Assembly: GCA_913030665.1 (NCBI GenBank)
Contig: CAJWFS010000003.1
Coordinates: forward strand, 101-64,100
Reading direction: 5' to 3'
Origin: an uncultured Acidimicrobiaceae bacterium
GTDB lineage: Bacteria; Actinomycetota; Acidimicrobiia; Acidimicrobiales; MedAcidi-G1
DNA: 64,000 nucleotides
A model generated the notes under the pieces. That model was not told the DNA's origin and searched no databases. It worked only from the letters and a program-made list of their open reading frames with translations. Every line of letters begins with the position of its first letter. Within the stretch, counting starts at the first letter, position 1. A program made the position numbers and the translations under genes. Of this stretch, positions 1 to 9,327 are shown in pieces.

Positions 1-26
1 CCAGCACACCGGCAGCGACCGGAATC

Positions 27-317
27 GTGAAGTCGGTCGAGTCCAACGACCTCGGCTCGGTCCTGAGCTTCGGCGACTCGGCCACCACGACGACCCTCGT
101 CGTCGAGGCCAGACCCAACATCATTGGTGCCGAGCGACGGCTGAAGGCCTTCCACGACGTCTACTCGGTGGTTGTCAGGGCCGACGCGGACGACATCTCC
201 GCCGAGCTCTACGGTGTGAACCACAACGGAGAGGTGCATCGACCGGTGCCGATCGCCGATGCCCTCGGGCTGTGGGAACTTGGCGTGCCGATCCGTGTGG
301 AGCGGTCCGCCGCCTGA
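27..317 (+). CDS. hypothetical protein; the frame is open to the left window edge, so this may be the 3' end of a longer gene
   Basis: Track ORF of 96 aa with G/C-rich third codon positions like the real genes here. There is no stop in this frame between position 3 and 27. I recognised no family by eye. Confidence 0.5.
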   Translation: MKSVESNDLGSVLSFGDSATTTTLVVEARPNIIGAERRLKAFHDVYSVVVRADADDISAELYGVNHNGEVHRPVPIADALGLWELGVPIRVERSAA

Positions 318-338
318 TCGTCCGCAGCCTGAGTTGGC

Positions 339-1097
339 TCAGGCGCTCTTGGCCGCCCGGAACCGGGCAGGCGTCTCGCCGATCAGGCGTCCGAACAGGC
401 GGGTCAGGTTTGCCTGGTCCGAGAACCCGCATTCGGCGGCGATGCCGGCGATCGAGCGGTCGGTGTCGACCAGGAGGTCGGCTGCACGGTCCACCCGGAC
501 GCGCAGCACGTACTGCGTCGCGGTGAGGCCGAACACCTTCTTCATCCGTCGTTCCAGCTGGCCCTCCGAGCAGCCGGCGGCCGCTGCCAGGTCGGCCACC
601 TTGAGGGCCCCGCCGGCCTGAGCCTGGACCAACTCCACCACACGGGTCAGCGACTCCAGAGCGATGCCCTCGTCGCTGGGCGTCTCCAGGTCGCGGCTGA
701 CGCTGACCAGGCCGACCACCTCGCCGTCGCGCACGACCGGGAGTTTCGTGGTCAGGTACCAGCCGGTGGAACCATCGGGACGTCTAATCAGCTCCAACTC
801 GTCGCGGAGTGCCTCGCCGTCGGCGAACACCTGGCGGTCCTGTTCCTCGTAGCGCCCGGCAAGGGGAGCGGGGAACAGGTCGACGGCACGGGCCCCCAGG
901 ACGTCGCGCCGGTCCATCCGGCCTGAGCGCCGCACGAAGGCATGGTTGACGGCCACGTACCGGTCGTCAGGGCCCTTCCAGCAGAACATCACGTTTGGGA
1001 GGGCGTCGAACAACTCGAGCAGTTCCGGGGGGCAGCCGTGGTCTGATGGGCCGCCTGGCGGGGTGTCCGCCGTCGATTTGTCCGAAATCGGGTTCAT
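339..1097 (-). CDS. AraC-family transcriptional regulator with an N-terminal PAS-like sensor domain
   Basis: The C-terminus 'GLTATQYVLRVRVDRAADLLVDTDRSIAGIAAECGFSDQANLTRLFGRLIGETPARFR' is a typical AraC double HTH. The N-terminal half looks like PAS ('RYVAVNHAFVRRSG...LELIRRPDGSTGWYLTTKLPV'). It is divergent from putA. Confidence 0.9.
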   Translation of the reverse strand: MNPISDKSTADTPPGGPSDHGCPPELLELFDALPNVMFCWKGPDDRYVAVNHAFVRRSGRMDRRDVLGARAVDLFPAPLAGRYEEQDRQVFADGEALRDELELIRRPDGSTGWYLTTKLPVVRDGEVVGLVSVSRDLETPSDEGIALESLTRVVELVQAQAGGALKVADLAAAAGCSEGQLERRMKKVFGLTATQYVLRVRVDRAADLLVDTDRSIAGIAAECGFSDQANLTRLFGRLIGETPARFRAAKSA

Positions 1098-1149
1098 GTG
1101 TGCGCGGATCGTACAAGACTCCGAACGGTCCGATCCCGACTATGTAGGC

Positions 1150-4100
1150 ATGGTCACGACCCGAGAGCGACGTCGTTCCTCCGAAGGAGGCGAACCCGTT
1201 CCAGGTGCCACCGCCCCGGCCTCGGACGGGGCGGGCAGGCATGTCGATCCGGACGCCCTGGCCGAGGACGCCGTGGCGGTCGTGGCCCGCTGGTTGACCG
1301 AGGCCCACTCGACCGAGACGCCCACCGAGCGCCGTTCGACCGACCGGATGCGGGCGATCATCGCCGATCCGGGCGGCATCGGATTCACGATGCGGTTCGT
1401 GGACCGGGTCGCCCGACACCGCCAGGACGTGCTCGCCGCCGAGCAGCTGGTCCGCCTTGTCACCGACCGGGGCCTGCCGGGCTTCCTGGGCCCCATGGAC
1501 CGGCTGATGCTCCAGGCGGGGGCCCGGTTGGCGCCGGCCCTGCCCCGGCTGGTCATGCCACTGGCCCGTCGTCGGCTCCGCCAACTGGTTGGCCACATGG
1601 TGGTGGACGCCGCTCCGGATTCGATGCACGACCACCTGTCCCGGCGTCGGGCCGATGGCTACGCCATGAATGTGAACCTCCTGGGCGAGGCCGTTCTCGG
1701 CGAGGGCGAGGCCTCCCGTCGCTTCGAGCGCACCCTCGAACTGATCCGGGATCCGGCGGTCGACTACGTCTCGGTGAAGGTCTCGGCCATCGCCAGCCAG
1801 CTCAACATGTGGGCGTTCGACCACACCCTGGAACGCATCAAGGACCGACTCCGGGTCCTGTACCGGGCGGCTGCGGCAGCCCCCACGGAGGCCGGTCGGA
1901 CCACCTTCCTGAACCTCGACATGGAGGAGCACCGGGACCTGGAGGTCACCCTCCGGGCGTTCATGGAGTTGCTGGACGAACCCGACCTCAGGGACCTGGA
2001 CGCCGGAATCGTGCTGCAGGCCTACCTGCCTGACGCCTTCGGGGCCCTTCAGCGCATCACGGCGTGGGCCTGTGCACGGTCCAGCGCCGGCGGGGGAGAG
2101 GTGAAGGTCAGACTGGTCAAGGGAGCCAACCTGTCAATGGAAAGGGTTGACGCGTCGATGCACGGTTGGGTGCAGGCGCCCTACGGGACCAAGGCCGAGG
2201 TGGATGCCAACTACAAGCGGTGCGTGGACTGGGCCCTGCGACCCATCCACGCCCGCTCCGTCCGCATCGGCCTCGCCAGCCACAACCTGTTCGACGTGGC
2301 CTGGGCCCACCTCCTGGCCGAGGCACGCGGCGTGGCCGACAGGGTGGAGTTCGAGATGCTCCAGGGCATGGCGCCGTCCCAGGCCCGCGTGGTCCGGGCC
2401 GAGGTCGGGAGCCTGCTCCTCTATACGCCGACCGTGGGACGCGACGACTTCGACGTCGCTGTCAGCTATCTCTTCCGCCGGTTGGAGGAGAACAGTTCCG
2501 AGGAGAACTTCCTCCACCACCTGTTCACCCTGCGGCCGGGCACGCCGGACTTCGAGGAGCAGGCCGGGTGCTTCCGTGCAGCGGTGGCCAGCCGTTGGAA
2601 GGTGGGTGACCTGCCCCGCCGCGAGGTCGAGGTGCCGCCCGGGGGTGGTGGACGGTTCCGGAACCAGCCCGACGGCGATCCGACGCTTCCGGCCACCCGC
2701 CGCCGCCTGGAGGTGCTGACCGCAAGGGCGTTCGAGCCGGTACGGACCACGCTGACCTCGACGATCGACGGGATCGATGCCGAGGTGGCCACGGCCCGTG
2801 TCGCCCAGGCTGAGTGGGGCGCACGTGGAGCCTCCGAGAGGTGCGAGGTGCTGCGGCGCGTGGCCGACGAGCTCGTGGTCCGACACGACGACCTGCTCCT
2901 GGCCATGATGCACGAGGCATCTAAGACGGTGGCCGAGGCGGACCCGGAGATCGGAGAGGCGGTCGACTTCGCCCGCTGGTACGCCGAGCGTGCGACGGAG
3001 TTGGAGCGCATCGACGGCGCGGAGTTCACGCCGCTGGGGGTGGTGGCCGTGATACCCCCGTGGAACTTCCCGGTGGCCATACCTGCGGGCGGGACGCTGG
3101 CTGCGCTGGCTGCCGGCAACGCCGTGGTGTTCAAGCCGGCTCCAGAGACGCCCCGTTGCGCCGAGTTGGTGGCGGAGGCCTGCTGGGCTGCCGGCGTACC
3201 GCCCGACGTGCTGAGGTTCGTCCGTACCCCCGATGACGAGGTCGGCCGTCGGCTGGTGACCACGGTCGACGGTGTGATCCTGACGGGCTCGTATGAGACG
3301 GCCGACCTGTTCCGCTGCTGGGACCCGAACATGAGGCTCTTCGCCGAGGCCAGTGGCAAGAACGCTCTGGTCGTGACCCCTCAGGCCGACCTGGACCTGG
3401 CGGCCGCCGACCTGGTGCTCTCGGCGTTCGGCCACCAGGGCCAGAAGTGCTCGGCTGCCAGCCTGGGGATCCTCGTGGGTCCGGTGGCCACCGACGAGCG
3501 GTTCCTGAGACAGCTGGTCGATGCGGCAACCTCCCTGCATATCGGTCCCGCCACCGATCCCGCCACCGTGTTCGGCCCCCTCGTGGCCCCGGCAGCCGGC
3601 AAGCTGCTTGATGCCTTGACCGTGCTGGCCCCCGGCGAGGAGTGGTTGCTAGAGCCGCGACGCCTGGATGCCGATGGACGGGTGTGGACGCCGGGGATCA
3701 AGGCCGGGGTGCGTGCCGGTTCGCAGTTCCATCGCACCGAGTACTTCGGACCGGTCCTGGGCCTGGTCGCCGTCGACACCCTGGAGGAGGCCATCGAGGT
3801 CCAGAACGCCGTGGACTACGGGCTGACCGGGGGCATCCACTCCCTGGACCCGGTCGAGGTGGATGCCTGGCTGGAGGCCGTCGAGGTGGGGAACGCCTAC
3901 GTCAACAGGGCCATCACCGGTGCCATCGTGCAGCGCCAGCCGTTCGGGGGCTGGAAGAGGTCGTCGGTCGGGGTGGGTGCCAAGACCGGCGGTCCCGACT
4001 ACCTCCTGCAGCTCGGCACGTGGGCGCCGGCGACGGATCTCTCCGAGGTGGACGCAGCCGAGCTGGCCATCGCCGACGACGGTTGGTGGGAGGACCACTA

Positions 4101-4509
4101 CGGGATTCCGCACGACCCGACGGGCCTGTTCTGCGAGGTGAACGTGCTTCGCTACCGGCCCCTCCCGGACCTGGTAGTGCGGGTCGGGCCCGGTGCGACG
4201 GCGGCAGAGGTGGACCGGGTGCTGGCGGCGTCGGCGCGCTGTGGGGTGGTGCCGCTCGTGAGTCGGGCCACCGTCGATGACGACGTCACGTTCGCTGGCA
4301 CGCTGACCGCCCACAGGTTCGGCCGGGTCCGTGCGGTGGGCTTCGTGTCCGAGTTGATCCGCCGGGCGGCCATTGCAGCCGAGGTGGACCTGGTTGATGA
4401 AGCGGTCACGGCCAGTGGTCGCCTCGAGCTGCGCCATCACCTCCGCGAGCAGGCGGTCAGTCGGACCCTGCACCGCTTTGGGAACCTCGTCGGCGCTAGT
4501 GACGACTGA
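1150..4509 (+). CDS. putA: bifunctional proline dehydrogenase / L-glutamate-gamma-semialdehyde (P5C) dehydrogenase
   Basis: Long ORF in the track (946-4509). The N-terminal half has proline dehydrogenase motifs ('MNVNLLGEAVLGE', 'VSVKVSA', 'FLNLDMEE', 'VRLVKGANL', 'EMLQGM'). The C-terminal half is ALDH-like ('VIPPWNFP', 'FKPAPETP', 'EASGKNA', 'GQKCSA', 'TEYFGPVL'). I chose the in-frame ATG at 1150 because the track start at 946 overlaps the araC-like gene; ATG 1096 is an alternative. Confidence 0.9.
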   Translation: MVTTRERRRSSEGGEPVPGATAPASDGAGRHVDPDALAEDAVAVVARWLTEAHSTETPTERRSTDRMRAIIADPGGIGFTMRFVDRVARHRQDVLAAEQLVRLVTDRGLPGFLGPMDRLMLQAGARLAPALPRLVMPLARRRLRQLVGHMVVDAAPDSMHDHLSRRRADGYAMNVNLLGEAVLGEGEASRRFERTLELIRDPAVDYVSVKVSAIASQLNMWAFDHTLERIKDRLRVLYRAAAAAPTEAGRTTFLNLDMEEHRDLEVTLRAFMELLDEPDLRDLDAGIVLQAYLPDAFGALQRITAWACARSSAGGGEVKVRLVKGANLSMERVDASMHGWVQAPYGTKAEVDANYKRCVDWALRPIHARSVRIGLASHNLFDVAWAHLLAEARGVADRVEFEMLQGMAPSQARVVRAEVGSLLLYTPTVGRDDFDVAVSYLFRRLEENSSEENFLHHLFTLRPGTPDFEEQAGCFRAAVASRWKVGDLPRREVEVPPGGGGRFRNQPDGDPTLPATRRRLEVLTARAFEPVRTTLTSTIDGIDAEVATARVAQAEWGARGASERCEVLRRVADELVVRHDDLLLAMMHEASKTVAEADPEIGEAVDFARWYAERATELERIDGAEFTPLGVVAVIPPWNFPVAIPAGGTLAALAAGNAVVFKPAPETPRCAELVAEACWAAGVPPDVLRFVRTPDDEVGRRLVTTVDGVILTGSYETADLFRCWDPNMRLFAEASGKNALVVTPQADLDLAAADLVLSAFGHQGQKCSAASLGILVGPVATDERFLRQLVDAATSLHIGPATDPATVFGPLVAPAAGKLLDALTVLAPGEEWLLEPRRLDADGRVWTPGIKAGVRAGSQFHRTEYFGPVLGLVAVDTLEEAIEVQNAVDYGLTGGIHSLDPVEVDAWLEAVEVGNAYVNRAITGAIVQRQPFGGWKRSSVGVGAKTGGPDYLLQLGTWAPATDLSEVDAAELAIADDGWWEDHYGIPHDPTGLFCEVNVLRYRPLPDLVVRVGPGATAAEVDRVLAASARCGVVPLVSRATVDDDVTFAGTLTAHRFGRVRAVGFVSELIRRAAIAAEVDLVDEAVTASGRLELRHHLREQAVSRTLHRFGNLVGASDD

Positions 4510-4540
4510 ATCATCGATCTAGACTTATAGTGACGACTGA
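4497..4540. repeat. 13-nt perfect direct repeat TAGTGACGACTGA (4497-4509 and 4528-4540); the first copy contains the last codons and the stop of putA
   Basis: Read directly from the sequence. The copies are separated by 18 nt of AT-rich sequence (atcatcgatctagactta). Confidence 0.85.
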
Positions 4541-4626
4541 TATAGTTGTTAATGTACAGAAGAACGAATGATACGCTTGCACACCAGTTGTCGATGGGTC
4601 AGACTGACGCGGTGATACGACCCCCG
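4510..4626 (+). promoter_or_regulatory. AT-rich intergenic region, candidate promoter for the C45/GNAT pair
   Basis: My hand count of line 4501-4560 is 22/60 G+C in an otherwise ~70% GC context. Two TATAGT (-10-like) hexamers sit at 4526-4531 and 4541-4546. Confidence 0.4.
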
Positions 4627-5703
4627 ATGCGGATCCTGGACCTGACAGGCAGTCCGGCGGCCATGGGGAACGCCCATGGTGCGGCCCACGCCGAGGAGAT
4701 CCGGACGTATGCCGCTGAACGCGTCCGGCTGGCCGGCTCCAAGTTCTGGGCAGGTGGCGAGATCGGCCGTGGCGACGTCCTTGACATAGCCCGTTCCTGC
4801 CTCCCGGCCCACGAGGCACACTCAGCCAGCCTCTACGCCGAGATGTGCGGCATAGCCGAAGGAGCGGGGATCACGCCCGAGGAGGCTGTCGTGGTCGGCG
4901 GCTTCACGGACTTCGTGGACACGGTGCGAGCCGTCGTCGGTGGGTCACATCCTGACGAGGTGGTCGAGGACGACTGCACTGCGTTCATCGTCCCGGACCA
5001 CCGGTGCAACGGGCGGGGCTTCTACGGCCAGACCTGGGACATGCATGACAGCGCCACCGAACACGTGGTGCTGCTCCGGGTCCAGCCGGAGGACGGTCCG
5101 GCCGCCCTGGTGTTCACCACCACGGGGTGCGTCGGACAGATCGGTATGAACGAGGCCGGAGTCTGCGTCGGGATCAACAACCTCGTCGCCACAGACGGAT
5201 GTCCGGGCGTCATGTGGACCTCGGTCGTGCGCGACGCCCTCATGCAGGACTCGGCGGTAGCGGCCCGCGATGCCATCCTCGCCGCCGGCCTGGCCGGGGC
5301 GCACAGCTTCTTGGTGTTCGACGCGGGCGGTGAGGGCCACATGATCGAGGCCTTCCCGACGGCTGGCCCCACCGTCACCCTCGATGCAGATGCCCTCGTG
5401 CACACCAACCACGCCCTGTGGGACGAGGCGGTGGCCCTAGAGGCTCCGAAGCACGATGTGTTGAAGGACAGCTCGACCCGGCGTCGGGCCAGGGCCCTCG
5501 AGTTGCTTGACCGGGACGGCATCGACGAGCACGTCCTGATGGCCGTGACCCGCGACGAGGGGTCCATCTGCCAGGTATCCCGGGAGCCGTTCCACATCGA
5601 ATCCAGTGGAGCGGTGATCATGCGCCCGCGCACCCTGGACTTCTGGGCGGTGTGGGGCCTGCCCAGCCACAACGAGTACGTCCACGTCTCGTTCCCCGTC
5701 TGA
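4627..5703 (+). CDS. peptidase C45 / acyl-CoA:6-aminopenicillanic-acid acyltransferase family (Ntn hydrolase)
   Basis: 'MRILDLTGSPAAMGNAHG..' is a typical N-terminus, 'DDCTAFIV' is a candidate nucleophile Cys, and 'FYGQTWDM' also fits. The start was moved from the track start at 4546 to ATG 4627. Confidence 0.8.
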   Translation: MRILDLTGSPAAMGNAHGAAHAEEIRTYAAERVRLAGSKFWAGGEIGRGDVLDIARSCLPAHEAHSASLYAEMCGIAEGAGITPEEAVVVGGFTDFVDTVRAVVGGSHPDEVVEDDCTAFIVPDHRCNGRGFYGQTWDMHDSATEHVVLLRVQPEDGPAALVFTTTGCVGQIGMNEAGVCVGINNLVATDGCPGVMWTSVVRDALMQDSAVAARDAILAAGLAGAHSFLVFDAGGEGHMIEAFPTAGPTVTLDADALVHTNHALWDEAVALEAPKHDVLKDSSTRRRARALELLDRDGIDEHVLMAVTRDEGSICQVSREPFHIESSGAVIMRPRTLDFWAVWGLPSHNEYVHVSFPV

Positions 5704-5707
5704 GCCG

Positions 5708-6328
5708 ATGCCTGAGATCACCTACGCACCGATCCAGGAACGCTGGGCCGAGGAGTTGGCTGCCATCGAGCGGGCGGCCTTCCCGACAGCCGGAATGGTC
5801 GACCTGCTCAGCGTCGACGACATCCGCATCCTCTGTGGGACCTTTCCCGAGGGTGGCTTCGTGGCCCTTGACGGCGACAGGCCGGTCGGCATGGGCGTGG
5901 GGATCCTCATCGACTTCGACTTCGACGAGCCCCACCACTGCCTGGACGACCTGCTCGGGGAGAACTCGTGCGGCAACCACCGGGCCAACGCCGACTGGTA
6001 CTACGGGGTGACGATCGCGGTTGATCCCGGCTACCGGCGCCTCGGCATCGGACAGCAGCTCTACGTGCGGCGCAAGGAGGTGGTCCGGCGCCTCGGGAAG
6101 GCCGGGATCGTGGCCGGAGGCGTGATTCCCGGCTACGCCGACCACATGGACGCCATGTCGGCAGACGAGTACGTCGACGAGGTGAAGGCGGGGCGGCTCT
6201 ACGACCCGACCCTCAGCTTCCAGCTGGAGAACGGCTTCGAGGCCCTTGGGGCGATCCCCGACTACATGGAGGACCCGGCGGTTGGCGGCAACGCCGTGCT
6301 GATCGTCTGGCGTAACCCCGACCGGTAG
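5708..6328 (+). CDS. GNAT-family N-acetyltransferase
   Basis: 'VTIAVDPGYRRLGIGQQLYVRRKEVV' is an acetyl-CoA binding motif A (R-x-x-G-x-G). It lies 4 nt downstream of the C45 gene. Confidence 0.8.
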   Translation: MPEITYAPIQERWAEELAAIERAAFPTAGMVDLLSVDDIRILCGTFPEGGFVALDGDRPVGMGVGILIDFDFDEPHHCLDDLLGENSCGNHRANADWYYGVTIAVDPGYRRLGIGQQLYVRRKEVVRRLGKAGIVAGGVIPGYADHMDAMSADEYVDEVKAGRLYDPTLSFQLENGFEALGAIPDYMEDPAVGGNAVLIVWRNPDR

Positions 6329-6352
6329 GCGGGGGGCTGAACGGCGGCCGGT

Positions 6353-7159
6353 TCAGGCGTCGTCGGCCAGCGAGGCGGGGATGGGCAGGCGGGTCATGCG
6401 ACCACCGTCGACGGTCACCACCTGCCCGGTCACGAAACCGGCATCGGCCGAGGCGAGCCAGAGGGCGGTGGCGGCGATGTCCGCAGGATCGCCGATGCGT
6501 CCCACCGGATGCAGCGACGCCAACTCGGCCATCGTCGTCTCACGGTTCGGGTGCCTGTCCACGTAGCCGCGGTTCAGGTCGGTGTCGATCCACCCGGGGG
6601 CGATGGCGTTGACACGTATTCCCATGGGGCCGAGGTCCACGGCCAGCGCACGGGTGAGGCCATGGATTCCCGCCTTGGAGGTGGCGTAGGCGGCGTGCAG
6701 GGCGTTGGCGGCCAGCCCCTCGATCGATCCGATGTTGATGATCGAGGGCGAGCCCCGCCCATCCATGAGGGGCAGCAGGTGCTTGACCATCAGGAACGGG
6801 CCACGCAGGTTGACAGCCATCGTGAGGTCCCAGTCGGCAACCGTTTCGTCCAGGATCGACCGGGTGTCCATGATCCCGGCGTTGTTCACCAGGACGTCGA
6901 CGCCGCCGTGCCCGGCCTGCACCGATTCGGCGAACTCCAGAACCGATATCTCGTCGGTCACGTCCAGGGGGACCCATTCTCGGTGTCCGGCGACGTCAAG
7001 GCCGGCCCCCACCTCGCCTGGATCGGTGAGGTCGCCGATCACGACGGTGGCCCCCTCGGCGGCCAGGCGGTCCACTATCGCCCGACCGATCCCGCGTGCA
7101 CCACCGGTCACCACCACTATCCGACCCTGCATCCGTACCGGTGCGTCCTGTCCGGTCAT
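6353..7159 (-). CDS. short-chain dehydrogenase/reductase (SDR)
   Basis: 'VVVTGGARGIGRAI', 'NNAG', and 'YATSKAGIHGLTRALA' (YxxxK). The start ATG at 7159 overlaps the stop of the upstream SDR (ATGA). The 633-aa track ORF is an upstream shadow extension. Confidence 0.9.
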   Translation of the reverse strand: MTGQDAPVRMQGRIVVVTGGARGIGRAIVDRLAAEGATVVIGDLTDPGEVGAGLDVAGHREWVPLDVTDEISVLEFAESVQAGHGGVDVLVNNAGIMDTRSILDETVADWDLTMAVNLRGPFLMVKHLLPLMDGRGSPSIINIGSIEGLAANALHAAYATSKAGIHGLTRALAVDLGPMGIRVNAIAPGWIDTDLNRGYVDRHPNRETTMAELASLHPVGRIGDPADIAATALWLASADAGFVTGQVVTVDGGRMTRLPIPASLADDA

Positions 7160-7947
7160 GCTGCCGTGTACCCCCCGTCGATGCTGAGGTTCGCTCCGTT
7201 CACGTGACGGGACCGGTCGTCGGCCAGGAAGGCCACCAGCTCGGCCACCTCCTCGCCGGTCGGGATCCGACCTTCGGGGATGGTCGCCAGGTTGGCCGCC
7301 CGGACCTCTTCGACGGTGTCGCCGCGCTCCGAGTACAACATGTGGGTGTCCACGGCGCCCGGACAGACGGCATTGATCCGGATGCCCTCGTGGGCGTGAT
7401 CGAGGGCCATGGCACGGGTGAGGTTGGTGACCGCACCCTTGGAGGCGCAGTAGGCGGCCAGCCCGACGGCGCCGACCAGGCCGTTGGTGGAGCTGACGTT
7501 GACGATGGACCCGCCCCCAGCTGCCCGGATGGCCGGCAGGGCCGCCCGGCTGCTCCTGAACAGGCCGTCCACGTTGGTGGCCATGACTCGGTGCCATTCC
7601 TCGTCGGAGGTGCCCTCGGCGTCGGCCCGGGTGATCACGCCGGCCGCGTTGACCAGCACGTCGAGGCGACCGAAGGCGTCGATGGCGGCCGCCACGGCTG
7701 CATCGCCGTAGCCGGGATCGGTCACGTCCCCCAGAGCGGTGGCGGCCGCACCACCGGCGGCGGTGATCTCCTCCACGACGCTGTCGGCGCGCTCCACGTC
7801 GCGCCCCCCGACCAGGATCGCCAGGCCGTCGGCCGCCAACCGCAGTGCGCACGCCCGCCCGATCCCCGAGGTTGCCCCGGTCACCAGGGCGACCCGCCGG
7901 ATGTCGGGTGTGGTCGACTCCAGGTCCTGTGCGTCCGTCCGTGTCAT
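7156..7947 (-). CDS. short-chain dehydrogenase/reductase (SDR)
   Basis: 'ALVTGATSGIGRACA', 'NAAG', 'YCASKGAVTNLTRAMA'. Confidence 0.9.
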   Translation of the reverse strand: MTRTDAQDLESTTPDIRRVALVTGATSGIGRACALRLAADGLAILVGGRDVERADSVVEEITAAGGAAATALGDVTDPGYGDAAVAAAIDAFGRLDVLVNAAGVITRADAEGTSDEEWHRVMATNVDGLFRSSRAALPAIRAAGGGSIVNVSSTNGLVGAVGLAAYCASKGAVTNLTRAMALDHAHEGIRINAVCPGAVDTHMLYSERGDTVEEVRAANLATIPEGRIPTGEEVAELVAFLADDRSRHVNGANLSIDGGYTAA

Positions 7948-7974
7948 CTAGGTCCTCCCTCTGGGCTCTGGGCC

Positions 7975-9294
7975 CTACATCTCCCGGCCGGACCGCATCC
8001 GCAGTCGGCGGGCGTACAGGTTCACGCCCCAGCCGAGGAGCGGGTCGGGGAGGTTCCGGTTGGGCCGTCCCGTGGCCAGCATCCCGTCCAGCAGGTCCGA
8101 GCCCTCGCCGCAGACCATCTCGGCTATGAGCTTTCCGCAGATCGCCCCACGGCTCAGCCCCGTGCCGTTGTGGACCAGCGCACCGTGGATGCCGTCGGCG
8201 AGGCGTCCGAAGACCGGTTCGCCGTTGCGGGCCATGGACAGCGCACCGCCCCACGAGTAGTCGAACGGCACGTGCGCCAGGCCGGGGAACCGACGCTCGA
8301 AGGCCACCCGGTGGGCTCCGGCGGCCCGACGCCGGAAGCGGCCACCGGCCATCGAGTGACGGCTGTAGCTGTAGACGTTGCGGATCAGGATCCGGCCGTC
8401 GACCAGGCGTCGCACCGTGGTGCCGGACGGTGCCGCCGGGATCACACCCCAGGTCAGGTCGCCACCTATTGAAGCCGACTCCTCGTCGGTGAGCGGTCGC
8501 GTCATGGACCCCCAGGTCACGACCGGAATGAGGTGGTGGGCGTAGAAGCCAAAGCCGACGGCGAAGCCGTTGTTAGCCAGCACGAGCTCCGGGGTGCGGA
8601 TGGTTCCACCGTCGGTGTGCAGCTCGTGGGGTGGGCCCTCGTCCAGCCACGTCACCGGAGTTTCCTCGTGGACGGTCACGTTGGCCGGCAGGGATGCGGC
8701 CAGGCCCCTGCAGAGTGCAGCCGGCTGCAGCAGCACCGTCCCGGGGGTGTGGAGAGCCCGGTGGTAGTAGTCGATGCCCAGCCGCGCCACGGTGGCGTCG
8801 CTGTCCAGCAGTTCGTAGTCCTCGTCGATGAGGTCGAGCGTGGCAGCGAAGTGGTCCAGGTCCCGTGCCCCGCGGTTGGTGCACGCGGCGTGGATCTTTC
8901 CGGCCCAGGTCCAGTCGCAGTCGATGCCGTGGGCCGTCACCGCCTCGGCGAGGTAGGCCTGTCCGGCCCTGTTCAGGGCGATCTGCTGCCTCTCGTATGT
9001 GGCCGAGTCGGCGAAGCCCTCGGAGCGGATGTTGTGGGCGTGGTCGATGGCGAAGCCGGACGACCGCCCGGCGGCGCTGTTTCCGATCCGGCCCGCTTCA
9101 ACGAGGAGGATCCGGGCATCCGGACGTAGTTCGGCCAGCCTGCGAGCGGCCGCCAGCCCTGTGAACCCGGCGCCCACGACGACCACGTCGGCTTCCGTCG
9201 GACCGGAGAGCGGTGCGGCCGGCGGCACCTCGGCCAGGGTCTCGAACCAACCGTTGTTCCTGTCGTACCTGGGCAGGAGCGTGACGGCACCCAT
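7975..9294 (-). CDS. FAD-dependent oxidoreductase, DAO family (amine / D-amino-acid type oxidase or dehydrogenase)
   Basis: 'DVVVVGAGFTGLAAARRLAE' is a Rossmann GxGxxG motif. The ~440-aa size and general look match PuuB, D-hydroxyproline dehydrogenase and sarcosine-oxidase-beta-like enzymes. Confidence 0.85.
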   Translation of the reverse strand: MGAVTLLPRYDRNNGWFETLAEVPPAAPLSGPTEADVVVVGAGFTGLAAARRLAELRPDARILLVEAGRIGNSAAGRSSGFAIDHAHNIRSEGFADSATYERQQIALNRAGQAYLAEAVTAHGIDCDWTWAGKIHAACTNRGARDLDHFAATLDLIDEDYELLDSDATVARLGIDYYHRALHTPGTVLLQPAALCRGLAASLPANVTVHEETPVTWLDEGPPHELHTDGGTIRTPELVLANNGFAVGFGFYAHHLIPVVTWGSMTRPLTDEESASIGGDLTWGVIPAAPSGTTVRRLVDGRILIRNVYSYSRHSMAGGRFRRRAAGAHRVAFERRFPGLAHVPFDYSWGGALSMARNGEPVFGRLADGIHGALVHNGTGLSRGAICGKLIAEMVCGEGSDLLDGMLATGRPNRNLPDPLLGWGVNLYARRLRMRSGREM

Positions 9295-9327
9295 CGTGGC
9301 CTCCCCCGTCCGATCAGCGGTCCGCCA

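Noticed and set aside
946-1149. The upstream extension of putA to the track start at 946.
   Set aside because: It would overlap the divergent AraC-like gene by 150 nt, and the extension translates to low-complexity sequence. The in-frame ATGs at 1096 and 1150 give a normal divergent arrangement.
4510-4527. Adjacent ATCGAT and TCTAGA sites suggesting a cloning scar or synthetic insert.
   Set aside because: There is no vector-like or marker sequence nearby. The other intergenic promoters in this window (27.8 kb, 36.5 kb) are similarly AT-rich, and short 6-bp palindromes are expected in AT-rich DNA. I kept only the direct repeat as an observation.
7160-8254. The N-terminal 365 aa of the 633-aa track ORF (6353-8254, minus), which would make a giant fused SDR.
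   Set aside because: That part is Arg/Gly/Pro-rich low-complexity sequence. It runs out of frame over the well-supported SDR (7156-7947) and the 3' end of the FAD oxidoreductase gene. It is a typical high-GC shadow reading frame, and the real gene starts at ATG 7159.
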